From an uncultured Candidatus Actinomarina sp. (lineage in GTDB: Bacteria; Actinomycetota; Acidimicrobiia; Actinomarinales; Actinomarinaceae): DNA of 64,000 nt. Position 1 is the first letter of the stretch. Every line of letters begins with the position of its first letter. Positions 21,201-30,475 of this stretch are shown piece by piece. The position numbers and the translations under genes were made by a program. The stretch is taken from assembly GCA_902619825.1 (NCBI GenBank), contig CACNFT010000003.1, forward strand, positions 78,461 to 142,460. Direction: 5' to 3'. Below the pieces are notes generated by a model, which searched no databases, was not told the origin of the DNA, and was given only the letters and a program-made list of their open reading frames with translations.

Positions 21201-22104
21201 AGCAATTAGACAGCATAGTTCTAAATTTTTCCATTCCTTTAGGTATTATAAAATCTTGACTCTTTAAATAAGCAAAATCTTCGTCTGGTTCAGCCCTTTC
21301 TATATGTTGAATATCGTAAATAGAAACTTTATTTAATATTTCTGAAGCCACACCAACATCAGTTGAAATAATTGGAGTCTTAGTTACAGCAGCTTCTAAA
21401 ATTGCTTGTGGCCCTCCTTCTATTCTTGATGAAACAATGTACAAATCCAATACATTGTATAGTTTATTTAAAGTTTTTAAATTGACCATTTCAAAATATT
21501 TGTATTCTATTCCTCTTTTGTTCAGTTCATTAATCACATAATTTCTATTTTTACCTCCTAAAATTATTTTCACATTTTTATTTTTTGGTATAAGCTTTTC
21601 TACAGCTTCAATAAATATATCGGGACCTTTTACAAGTTTTGGACTTTTAAGATCGGATGATTCAGTATCTCTTTGAAAACTTCCAATTAAGAAATCATTT
21701 TCATTTAAGCCAAAGTTTTTTCTCAGCTTTTTAACGTCGTTAATATGAAAAAATGTTTTTTGATTAATCCAAAAAGGTATTGAAGTTATTTTTTTATCTG
21801 TGAGTTGGATTAGTTGTTTTTTAGTATTTTCAGAAATAACATGATACTCTGCAACATACTTGTCTAATTCTTTAAAATTATCAAAGTCAAAATTATCAAA
21901 ATCAAAATGATAATATGAACAAATTACTTTCTTTTTTGATAATTGTTCTTCTGATATGGTTCTCCAAACCCAAGGAGACAGAATCCACAGAAGGTCTGAT
22001 TTTTTTGCTGATTTTGTTGAGATATCAGAATTGTTTTTGTACCACTCTTTTCGGATTCTATCAATTATCCAAGACTCATTTACATTATTGAGAAAAACTT
22101 TCAT
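21190..22104 (-). CDS. GT4-family glycosyltransferase
   Basis: KGPD and SSRIEGGPQAILEAA..KTPIISTDVG motifs. Confidence 0.8.
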   Translation of the reverse strand: MKVFLNNVNESWIIDRIRKEWYKNNSDISTKSAKKSDLLWILSPWVWRTISEEQLSKKKVICSYYHFDFDNFDFDNFKELDKYVAEYHVISENTKKQLIQLTDKKITSIPFWINQKTFFHINDVKKLRKNFGLNENDFLIGSFQRDTESSDLKSPKLVKGPDIFIEAVEKLIPKNKNVKIILGGKNRNYVINELNKRGIEYKYFEMVNLKTLNKLYNVLDLYIVSSRIEGGPQAILEAAVTKTPIISTDVGVASEILNKVSIYDIQHIERAEPDEDFAYLKSQDFIIPKGMEKFRTMLSNCYES

Positions 22105-22140
22105 TAATTTATTTAATAATAACTAACCTTATAGATATAA

Positions 22141-23118
22141 ATGCAAAATATTTTGATAACTGGAATCACTGGCCAAGATGGTATTTTTTTAGTCGATAGA
22201 TTAATGAAATCGTATAGTGATATAAATATTCTTGGTGTTTCAAGAAACAGAGATCAAGAAAATTTTTCCAAAAAGCTTTCAACGTTAAATAAATATAATT
22301 TAAAGAATCTGAACTTAAAAAATATTAACCTATTAGATCTAAAAGAAGTAGAAGAAAATATATTGAAGTTTAAACCTGATAAAATTTTCAATTTAAGTGG
22401 ACCTAGTTCAGTGTATGAATCAATACTCTATCCTGAAAAAACAATGAATGAAATCTGTAAAATTTTTGAAAATATTACTCAAACTCTTATTAGTAATGAT
22501 TTATTTGTTCCTTTTTTTCAAGCTTCTTCCTCCGAGATGTTTGGACAAAATGCTAATGAATGTTTGAATGAAACTATTCAATTTAATCCCAACTCACCAT
22601 ACGCAAAAGCAAAACTGATAAATCATGACAAAGTAATTGATTACTCAACAAAGTACAATTGGAATATTTACTCAGGAATTATGTTTAATCATGAGTCTGA
22701 ATTTAGAAATCATAAATACCTGTTTATGAAAGTAATAAATTCAGCTAATTTGATAAAAAATAAAAAAGTAAAAAAACTTACTATTGGTAGTCTCGATTAT
22801 AAAAGAGACTGGTCTTTTGCTGCAGATGTTGTAGAAGGAATAATCAAAATAATGGAAAAGGGGAAGAATAGTTGTTATGTAATTGGATCCGGTGTTTCCT
22901 ATTCTATTGAAAATTTAGTTGAAACGGTATTTGAATACTATGGTCTTGATTGGAAAAAATATGTGGATGTAGATGAAAAATTGTTACGCCAGGGAGATCC
23001 AAAAGAAGTTTGCTCAGATCCAAAAATTCTTAAGGATGAGTTTGGTTGGAAGTGTAATTACAGCTTTTATGATTTGATTGATAGATGTATTAAGAAAAAT
23101 TATTATAAATCGGAGTAA
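22141..23118 (+). CDS. Second GDP-mannose 4,6-dehydratase-like SDR enzyme
   Basis: ITGITGQDG, FQASSSEMFG, SPYAKAK, FNHES and RDWS; divergent from the canonical gmd. Confidence 0.75.
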   Translation: MQNILITGITGQDGIFLVDRLMKSYSDINILGVSRNRDQENFSKKLSTLNKYNLKNLNLKNINLLDLKEVEENILKFKPDKIFNLSGPSSVYESILYPEKTMNEICKIFENITQTLISNDLFVPFFQASSSEMFGQNANECLNETIQFNPNSPYAKAKLINHDKVIDYSTKYNWNIYSGIMFNHESEFRNHKYLFMKVINSANLIKNKKVKKLTIGSLDYKRDWSFAADVVEGIIKIMEKGKNSCYVIGSGVSYSIENLVETVFEYYGLDWKKYVDVDEKLLRQGDPKEVCSDPKILKDEFGWKCNYSFYDLIDRCIKKNYYKSE

Positions 23119-23779
23119 TACCTTTTTTTGCACAAGCAAAATAATATTCTTGCTCACTTTGAAATTTTGAAGATATATTATCTTTCATATTCAAATAATA
23201 TAAAGGTTCTCTAAGACTTTTTACTTTGAAACCTTTCTTTATGATTTCTAAAAATAGCTTGTAGTCTTGTGCGAAATAGAAGTTTTCGTCATAATTTCCA
23301 CATTCATTAAACACTGATTTCTTAATTAACAGAGTTCCGTGAATAAAAGGGTTTTTAAGTTTCAATATTATACTGTTAGGAATATAAAAACTATAGCCTG
23401 GGATTATCCTTCTCGTATCAATTTCTTTTGCCCTAGTAGTGCAAACGTCGAAATTTTCATTTATTAAATATTTTATTTGTTCTTTAAATCTATTTTTGTC
23501 CGAATAATCGTCGCAATCCTGTCGAGCAAAAAATTCGCCGCTTGCTTTAGTTGCCAGAATATTTAAAGATTTTGTAAGACCTAAATTTTCATTATTTTTA
23601 AAAACTTTTATTCGAGAGTCAGCGTTTTTATAATGATCAAGTATGTCAATTGTTCCATCATTAGAGCCATCATCCATTATTAAAAACTCAAAATCATCAT
23701 AGGTTTGAACGAGAATACTTTTTAGTGATCTTTCTAATGTTTCTTCACCATTCAAAACTGACATTAAAACTGAGATCAT
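23090..23779 (-). CDS. GT2-family glycosyltransferase
   Basis: ISVLM, DDGS.DGT, N.GL..SLN, ARQDCDD and QDY motifs. Confidence 0.88.
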   Translation of the reverse strand: MISVLMSVLNGEETLERSLKSILVQTYDDFEFLIMDDGSNDGTIDILDHYKNADSRIKVFKNNENLGLTKSLNILATKASGEFFARQDCDDYSDKNRFKEQIKYLINENFDVCTTRAKEIDTRRIIPGYSFYIPNSIILKLKNPFIHGTLLIKKSVFNECGNYDENFYFAQDYKLFLEIIKKGFKVKSLREPLYYLNMKDNISSKFQSEQEYYFACAKKGITPIYNNFS

Positions 23780-24930
23780 TATTTTATCAAATCGTTAAAT
23801 TTTTTAAGTATTAGATCTATCTCAAAATTTTTTTTAAAGTAAGCTAATATTTTTTTTCTTTCACTTTCAACAAATTTATCGTCAAACAACAAATACATTT
23901 TTGTTATTAAGTCATCATAATTATATTGTGCAAAACTTAACTTATAATCATCAGGAAAATATTCCTTCATTCCACCAAAATATGGATAGATTGTAGGTAT
24001 TCCCATTGATAAAGCTTCGCTTAGTAATCTTGGCTGCCCCTCATACATTCTGGTAGCTGTTACGACTGCTCTTGCTTTACTAATTATTTTTAAAGTCTCC
24101 GAGTTATTTAATTCATCTAAAAATGTAACATTTTTTAGTTCAAAGCTCTCAAGCATTTTGGAATTTAAGCTCTTTTTTGCTCCTATGATGACTAATTCAA
24201 ATTCTTTATTTTCAAACTTGTCCCAACTTTCGAACAAATCATATATTCCCTTTTCTGGAGTTAACTGACCAGCATAAACTAGTGTTTTACTGTCCTTTAT
24301 ATTGTTTAGCCTTATATTTTCATCAATTTTTATTGGATTATGCAAAACCTCAACATTATTTATTCCCAATTTATTTAGATAATCTTTGTGGAATTTGTTG
24401 AGTACAACAATTGTGTTTTTAGTTGATAACAAAAATTTAAAATACCTTTTACCATACAAAAGAATAAATACTGACTTTAAATAAGAGTTGGTAAAATACT
24501 TATTTAAAAATTGATACTTTTTTTTCTTAAAACCACATCGCGGACAAAAATCAAAATTTTCAATATGACTACTTGCCAAAAAACTCTTAGTGCAATCATA
24601 TCTAAAGTTATGAATTTTTAAAATAGTTTGAATTTTGTTTTTTTCTAAAATTTCAAAAATTCCCAAGCTAGCTTTAAACCAGGTGTTGTGGACATATGCT
24701 ACTTCTGGTTGAAATTCTTTAATAACTTTTTTAAGTTGTTTGTTTGATCTATAATTCTTCCCATTAAAAAAAGATATAAAGTCAAAAATATTTAAGATTT
24801 TCGTATTTTGAAATTCTACGTATTTAACTTCATAATTGTTTTTTAATAAACTAACTTCTTCTTTAATATTGGCGTCTTCTCCACCAAAATTTGTATATTT
24901 TGTGTGTATTACAATTACTTTTTTTTTCAA
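23779..24930 (-). CDS. GT4-family glycosyltransferase
   Basis: GGED, YAGQLTPEKG and YEGQPRLLSEALSMG motifs. Confidence 0.8.
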   Translation of the reverse strand: MKKKVIVIHTKYTNFGGEDANIKEEVSLLKNNYEVKYVEFQNTKILNIFDFISFFNGKNYRSNKQLKKVIKEFQPEVAYVHNTWFKASLGIFEILEKNKIQTILKIHNFRYDCTKSFLASSHIENFDFCPRCGFKKKKYQFLNKYFTNSYLKSVFILLYGKRYFKFLLSTKNTIVVLNKFHKDYLNKLGINNVEVLHNPIKIDENIRLNNIKDSKTLVYAGQLTPEKGIYDLFESWDKFENKEFELVIIGAKKSLNSKMLESFELKNVTFLDELNNSETLKIISKARAVVTATRMYEGQPRLLSEALSMGIPTIYPYFGGMKEYFPDDYKLSFAQYNYDDLITKMYLLFDDKFVESERKKILAYFKKNFEIDLILKKFNDLIK

Positions 24931-24937
24931 ATTAATC

Positions 24938-25816
24938 CTATTTTATAAATAATTTTTGCTTAAAGTCATTCTTAATTGTTTTCATAAAATAGACTATTTT
25001 TTCTTTAAACGTTAGAGTGTGGAATCTTACATGTTCAGCTGGAGCTGGAATAACCCAATCACTCAAGATATCTAAGTTTTCAAAGTTGGAATTAAATAAA
25101 ATATGTTCAGAAACATGCTCTGGATTGCTTTTGTCAGTCATATACTCGATTTGTAAAAGTTTGTTGTTAATCAGTTTATACATTCCTGCTCCACCAAATG
25201 CACTTATTACATTAAAGTTTTTAGATTTTATTTTTTTTTCTGTCAGCTGTTTTCTAAATATTAAAAAATAATTCAAAAAGAAACTTCCAAAAAATATTAC
25301 TTTTTTTATTTTATGAATAAGTAGTGATGAATTTAGATTGTGCCATCCCTTTGCTCTTAATGCAAAAATATCATAATAATTTGGTGAACTAATTGGAAAA
25401 ATCGCATCATATGTATTTTGATTTACAAAGGAAGTTAAAATTTTATGAAAGGATTCAATGTCTGTTAATTCAAAAAGATTTACGTCTAAATCAATTGGAA
25501 TATAAATTAAGTTGTCATAATTTTTTAACTTTAATTCATCAAGACATAAATTTCTTGAAAGAGTTATCCTTTCAATTCTCGAATTATAATTTTTTTCTAA
25601 ATCATCTAAATCCCTGTAAACAATAAATTCATTATCTTTTTCATATTTAGATATTATTTCTTTCGTGCCATCTGATGAGTCTGAATCAACAATAAAAAGA
25701 CTAATGTTTACATCTTTATAATTATTCCTCATTGAGAAAATTTGTTTTATGTTTTCCTCAATTGTATTTATACAATTTTTTGACAAACCACAAAAAGCTA
25801 CATTTAAATTGGTCAT
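24938..25816 (-). CDS. GT-A fold glycosyltransferase (CAP59/GT69-like features)
   Basis: DSDSSDGT, RI.RI..SRN, IDLD, YYDIFALR, SAFGG.G.Y and EH motifs. Confidence 0.6.
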   Translation of the reverse strand: MTNLNVAFCGLSKNCINTIEENIKQIFSMRNNYKDVNISLFIVDSDSSDGTKEIISKYEKDNEFIVYRDLDDLEKNYNSRIERITLSRNLCLDELKLKNYDNLIYIPIDLDVNLFELTDIESFHKILTSFVNQNTYDAIFPISSPNYYDIFALRAKGWHNLNSSLLIHKIKKVIFFGSFFLNYFLIFRKQLTEKKIKSKNFNVISAFGGAGMYKLINNKLLQIEYMTDKSNPEHVSEHILFNSNFENLDILSDWVIPAPAEHVRFHTLTFKEKIVYFMKTIKNDFKQKLFIK

Positions 25817-25895
25817 AACGTATCTCTTTGTAATTTTATTAATAGATAATTGTTAATGTTGGTGAAAAATTATTAAAAAAATAGTTAAATAAGAT

Positions 25896-27605
25896 TTATG
25901 GAATTGTTATCTCTATCAAATCACCTTGGCCAGTGGTCACAAGAGTCTTGTTAGGATCTTCTGGATGAACAATTAGGGCTGTAATGTATGAATCAAACTC
26001 CAAAGGTAAGGGAAATTGAAAAAGCTCATCATTTTTAAAGTCATATACAAACAATTCTTTGCTAAGATAGTCAGCAAAAATATAGTGTTCATAATATTTA
26101 CCATTTGAATCACTGACCACATCTCCACCAATTAATGCTGCCCTGTATACTTCGCTTCCATTATGGCTATAAAATACTTGTGGTTTAGATGAATTTAATG
26201 TTGCATACTCATCAAGGTTAACGGGTGTTTCATTATCCCAAAAATATAATGGAAAGTAAGTAAATGATGTATTTTTTAGATCACCTTCATAAATAGGCCA
26301 ACCAAAAAAACTTGGTCCTGATGATTGATCTAAATCTACAACATTTACCTCTTCTGTAGTATTGAATCCTATGTCAGGAACGAAAAGAAAGTTTTTATAG
26401 ATAGAAGTTTTCCAGGGATTTCTCAATCCAAAAGCAACAATATTGTTAAGTGGAGCTGTTTTATTTGTATCACTTATCAATGGTATTTCACCATTTGTAA
26501 ATGCTTTTTCAAGTAAAATTACTTTTCCTTTATAGGAAGTTGTATCATTTGAGTTAAATCCATTTCCCATATCGCCTATTGACAAAAGAAAGTCTTGAAA
26601 ATAGTCTGACCAAATTATATTTCCAGAATAATGACAGCAGTCGTTGCTTGGAATGTTTAGAATTACTTCTGGTTCAAACTCGTCAGTAATTTTTGGATAT
26701 TTTTCAACAACTAAGCTGTTATCAAGACCGCTATATGTTGTAAGAAAAAAATTTTCGTTGGGTTCGAATGCTATTCCAAATAATCCGCTTTCAAAATAAT
26801 TTTCAGGATCGTAAAATACTTTTTCTTTTAAATCAAGAAATAGTTCTTTTTGATTTGTATCTAGATCAAGAGTGTAGATTTCACCCTCACTTTTTAAAAT
26901 GTATAGTTTGCCATCGTTAAAAAGTAAATTCGAAGTCCTTTCGCTAAAGTTTTGTAAAACACTAAAGCTTGAACCCTTTCTACATTCAACAAAATTTGGG
27001 CTTCCTAACCAAGAAGCACAATCATTTTCATCTTCATATAAAACACCAACTGGTAGGGAGGACTCTATTATATCGGTTTCTTCCTCGTTTACTACAACCT
27101 CAACTTCAGCACTGTCTCCATTGCCAAAAAATAAAATACTTAAGCTTAAAGGTATCAAAAACAAAAATGCGTATCTTCCTATTGTTGAACTGGAGTCTCT
27201 TTTAAGTAAGAACATAATTCCAGTAAATAAAAGCGGATACAATAAAATACTAAAAATTAGTATGGCTCTTGATAAGTTATATGCTCTAAATAAATATAAA
27301 AATCCAAATAGCACTGTTGTATTTATAAAAAATAATTTTACAAAATTATTAATAATACTCTTGAATTCATTGCTGTTAAATGATTTTTCTACACTGATAA
27401 AAATTATAATTGAAGAGAATATTGCGACCGTAATTGAAATTATGTTATAAGTAATACTGAAACTGTATGGAAAACCAATTCTTTCAAAATCAGATAATAT
27501 GTTATTAAAATTTTGTCTTGTTGCTTCAAAATTGCTTCGAGCGAAATAATCGGTTAAAAATTTGTAAAATGAAAAATTTGTTATAAAAAGTGTAATTAAT
27601 TTCAT
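25896..27605 (-). CDS. PQQ-dependent glucose/sorbosone dehydrogenase-type beta-propeller with an N-terminal multi-TM module
   Basis: ESGLFGIAF.P, H..G, SIGDMG, GK, A.GLRNPW, D.G....EEVN and FGWP..EG motifs. Confidence 0.75.
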   Translation of the reverse strand: MKLITLFITNFSFYKFLTDYFARSNFEATRQNFNNILSDFERIGFPYSFSITYNIISITVAIFSSIIIFISVEKSFNSNEFKSIINNFVKLFFINTTVLFGFLYLFRAYNLSRAILIFSILLYPLLFTGIMFLLKRDSSSTIGRYAFLFLIPLSLSILFFGNGDSAEVEVVVNEEETDIIESSLPVGVLYEDENDCASWLGSPNFVECRKGSSFSVLQNFSERTSNLLFNDGKLYILKSEGEIYTLDLDTNQKELFLDLKEKVFYDPENYFESGLFGIAFEPNENFFLTTYSGLDNSLVVEKYPKITDEFEPEVILNIPSNDCCHYSGNIIWSDYFQDFLLSIGDMGNGFNSNDTTSYKGKVILLEKAFTNGEIPLISDTNKTAPLNNIVAFGLRNPWKTSIYKNFLFVPDIGFNTTEEVNVVDLDQSSGPSFFGWPIYEGDLKNTSFTYFPLYFWDNETPVNLDEYATLNSSKPQVFYSHNGSEVYRAALIGGDVVSDSNGKYYEHYIFADYLSKELFVYDFKNDELFQFPLPLEFDSYITALIVHPEDPNKTLVTTGQGDLIEITIP

Positions 27606-27662
27606 ATTTAATTATGATTTAAAATTGTTTTTATGTAAAAACTACAACACAAATTTTTTTAA

Positions 27663-28496
27663 TTACAATTCTAAAATTTTTTCCTCGATAGTCTTAAATG
27701 ATTCTTCAGTATTGTCTTTTTCTTGAAATGAAATGCTGTCTCGTCTTTTTCGATGAAAATGATAATGTTGTCTTCTTGTTTCTATATAATTGTTGTTTTT
27801 AAGCCATAAATACGAAATTAAAAACTGATCAGCAGCAAAAAGTAATCTTTCAGAAAAAGAGAGGCCTTCTTTCATAGTTGATAAAAAATTGGGTTTATAG
27901 ACAATAAAATTTCCGATATTTATAAGCCATCTAGAATTTTTTTGTTTCGTAATCTTTACTTCATTTAAAATTGACTTTTTAATAAGATCCTTATCAAATC
28001 TAAAATTTTTATCTTGAAATATAACTCTATACTTTGTTCCATTATGGACTTTGCTTAAGGGAATGCTGAGATAAGGTTTTTGATAAAATTGATAAATTTT
28101 TGATGGTAAATATAAACTATCTTCATTGAATAATTTTAAAAGATCATATTTGATAAACTTGTCTAAATTTCTCATTGGGATATTATCAGAATCAATTTGG
28201 TAAACTATTTCCTTTGAGCAATTTTCTATAGCAATATATTTATTTACAAAAGGACCACGTCTTTCCAAATTATTAACAAATTTTATTTTTTTATCTGGAT
28301 ATTTTTTTTGGAATTTTTCAACTGTTTTCAGATATATTTCTTTTTCTTGAACGTTTGAGGCATCATCACTTATCACAACCTCAGTTACAATCTCATTTTT
28401 TAAGGAGCTTGATAAAAGTTGTTCTAGGTATTTAGAAGAATTATAAGTTGGTATTGCGATACTTATATTTTGGCTTTCGAAAGTTTTTTTATTCAT
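27663..28496 (-). CDS. GT2-family glycosyltransferase
   Basis: ISIAIPTYN, VISDDAS and QIDSDN motifs. Confidence 0.75.
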   Translation of the reverse strand: MNKKTFESQNISIAIPTYNSSKYLEQLLSSSLKNEIVTEVVISDDASNVQEKEIYLKTVEKFQKKYPDKKIKFVNNLERRGPFVNKYIAIENCSKEIVYQIDSDNIPMRNLDKFIKYDLLKLFNEDSLYLPSKIYQFYQKPYLSIPLSKVHNGTKYRVIFQDKNFRFDKDLIKKSILNEVKITKQKNSRWLINIGNFIVYKPNFLSTMKEGLSFSERLLFAADQFLISYLWLKNNNYIETRRQHYHFHRKRRDSISFQEKDNTEESFKTIEEKILEL

Positions 28497-28661
28497 AGAT
28501 TAATTTATTTATCTTTTAAGTGTAATTATTATTTCATTCTTGTTAAACTTTTAAAAAAATTCATACTCAAGATTTTTAGTGCTTTGCAAATTTAAAGATT
28601 TCTTTATACCATTCAAATAAATATTGTTGATTCAAATTTTAAGATAGGAAGAAAATCAATA

Positions 28662-29507
28662 ATGGAAAAAGCAATAGTTTATTTAAAGGGGGGCTTTGGA
28701 AACCAACTCTTTCAATTATCGTTCGCTAACTATTTGCGTAGTAATGGTGTGAATGTAAAAATAAACTTAGAATTTTTTAGAAACTTGGGAGATAATACTC
28801 CACGAGAATTAATACTGCCTCTATCTTTTTTTGATTTTAAATCACAAAATTATTTTTCAAAAAAAATATTTGATGTAAACATTTTTTTGGCTAATAGTTC
28901 ATTAATTAATAAGCTTCAACTTGACTCAATATTTGAGAACTTTAGATTTACTAAAGATGATGAAGGTTTAAGCAAAATTTCTTCAAAAACTGGATATTTT
29001 GATGGGTATTGGAAATCAATGAAATATATAGATTTTAGTAGTGAATTTATTTTTGATTCAATAAGTAAAAATGAAAATATAAATAAAGGGCTCAATGGGA
29101 GTTCTGAATTAGCCATGGTTCATGTCCGTAGAGGAGATTTTATAGACAATGGATGGGACTTGGATATTAATTATTATGAGAAAAGCTTAAATGGATTAGA
29201 TAAGAAAATAAAATTTGATATTTTTACAGATGACCCAAAGTGGGTCAAAAGTAAAAAAATATTTAAAAATGCAGAGAATATATATTCTAAGAATAACCAA
29301 CTTGATAATGAAAAAATAGATACAATATTGACATTTTCCGAAATGCTAAAATATAAACATTTTATTGTAGGAAACAGTTCTTTTGCTTTTTGGGCAGCAT
29401 ATTTAAAAAGTGACATAAATTCTTATGTTACTGTTCCAGACCCATGGTTTAAAAATCATAATCATCCGGTTTTACGAAAAACAAACTGGCATACAATTAA
29501 AAATTAA
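28662..29507 (+). CDS. Alpha-1,2-fucosyltransferase (GT11)
   Basis: GGFGNQLFQ, GYW, HVRRGDF, FTDD and NSSF.FWAAYL; gmd/fcl nearby. Confidence 0.88.
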   Translation: MEKAIVYLKGGFGNQLFQLSFANYLRSNGVNVKINLEFFRNLGDNTPRELILPLSFFDFKSQNYFSKKIFDVNIFLANSSLINKLQLDSIFENFRFTKDDEGLSKISSKTGYFDGYWKSMKYIDFSSEFIFDSISKNENINKGLNGSSELAMVHVRRGDFIDNGWDLDINYYEKSLNGLDKKIKFDIFTDDPKWVKSKKIFKNAENIYSKNNQLDNEKIDTILTFSEMLKYKHFIVGNSSFAFWAAYLKSDINSYVTVPDPWFKNHNHPVLRKTNWHTIKN

Positions 29508-30097
29508 TCAATAGCTTTCCATAAATGAATTGATGCAATCGTTTTATAAGGAGACCATTTGTTTGCATAGCTATCATATTTATCCCAACTACTATTTTTT
29601 TTAATCATGCCATATTTGTTCATAGCAAGTCTCAAACCGGCGTCTCTAGATGAAAAAATATCTAATTCTCCAATACAGAAAATTTCAAACATGTTGACTG
29701 ACCATGGACCAATACCAAAAACATTTAGTAAATTACTTCTAAGGTCGTTACCATCTAATGTTGTTAAATCACTAAAACTTTTACTGATAAAAAGTTCTGA
29801 AAGTTCCTTTATTGTTTTTGCTTTGTTTGTACTTAAACCTAACGTTTTAATTTCACCGATACTGAGATTATCAAAATGTTTTTCATTTAAGTAAACGGTA
29901 TTAAAACTTTCTTTAATTTGTTTAAAAATAGAATCTGCAGCTTTTGTAGATATAAATTGAGAAACCACTATTCCAACGAGAGAGTCAAATTGATTTTTTT
30001 TATTTGTCTTAAAAGGAATATGCCCATTTATATCAATTATTCTTTTTAATTTTTTATCCTTTTGTCTTAGATATTCTTCTTTTTTTGAAAATTTCAA
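29504..30097 (-). CDS. alkA: DNA-3-methyladenine glycosylase II family (HhH-GPD)
   Basis: IVVSQ.IS.KAA, GLS..K, GIGPWS..M, D.GLR and W.PY...AS..LW motifs. Confidence 0.8.
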   Translation of the reverse strand: MKFSKKEEYLRQKDKKLKRIIDINGHIPFKTNKKNQFDSLVGIVVSQFISTKAADSIFKQIKESFNTVYLNEKHFDNLSIGEIKTLGLSTNKAKTIKELSELFISKSFSDLTTLDGNDLRSNLLNVFGIGPWSVNMFEIFCIGELDIFSSRDAGLRLAMNKYGMIKKNSSWDKYDSYANKWSPYKTIASIHLWKAID

Positions 30098-30110
30098 TTA
30101 AAAATAAAAT

Positions 30111-30335
30111 CTATAGTATTTTTAAAAATTGTAAGATGCGAAAAATTATGTAAAGTATAATCCAAAATACGAAAATCGCTGCAACAACCATTAAAGGATC
30201 AGTGTCTTTAGGAATATACGTGATAACAGTAACTCCTACAAACAAACCAAAAGTAATAAATTGGATAAACATAGATTTTTTCCCTTTTCCAAATTTTTTA
30301 CTGATAAATTCAGTTATAAAATTAAAAATGTGCAT
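30111..30335 (-). CDS. Small two-TM hypothetical protein
   Basis: 74-aa ORF with two hydrophobic segments, co-oriented with its neighbours. Confidence 0.5.
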   Translation of the reverse strand: MHIFNFITEFISKKFGKGKKSMFIQFITFGLFVGVTVITYIPKDTDPLMVVAAIFVFWIILYIIFRILQFLKIL

Positions 30336-30350
30336 TGTTTTTTAAATTCT

Positions 30351-30461
30351 TTATTTCTTAGGTCTAATTTTTAACATTATTTTTTCTTTCATAATAATTT
30401 CTTTATCAATAAATTGATTCTGCATTTCGACAAACCATGTATTTCCAACTTTATTTATCAT
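30351..30461 (-). CDS. Putative 36-aa small ORF (MINKVGNTWFVEMQNQFIDKEIIMKEKIMLKIRPKK)
   Basis: Read by hand; fills an otherwise empty gap between co-oriented genes. Confidence 0.3.
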   Translation of the reverse strand: MINKVGNTWFVEMQNQFIDKEIIMKEKIMLKIRPKK

Positions 30462-30475
30462 TAGTTAGGACCAAC

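Noticed and set aside
24919-24927. A9 tract after a glycosyltransferase start codon as a phase-variation switch
   Set aside because: A/T runs of 8-9 nt are frequent throughout this AT-rich window, and no frameshifted gene was seen
26899-27450. 183-aa plus-strand ORF and similar antisense ORFs (e.g. 44764-45264, 54688-55152, 43751-44143, 40730-41140)
   Set aside because: They lie antisense within well-supported genes and have no motifs; shadow ORFs
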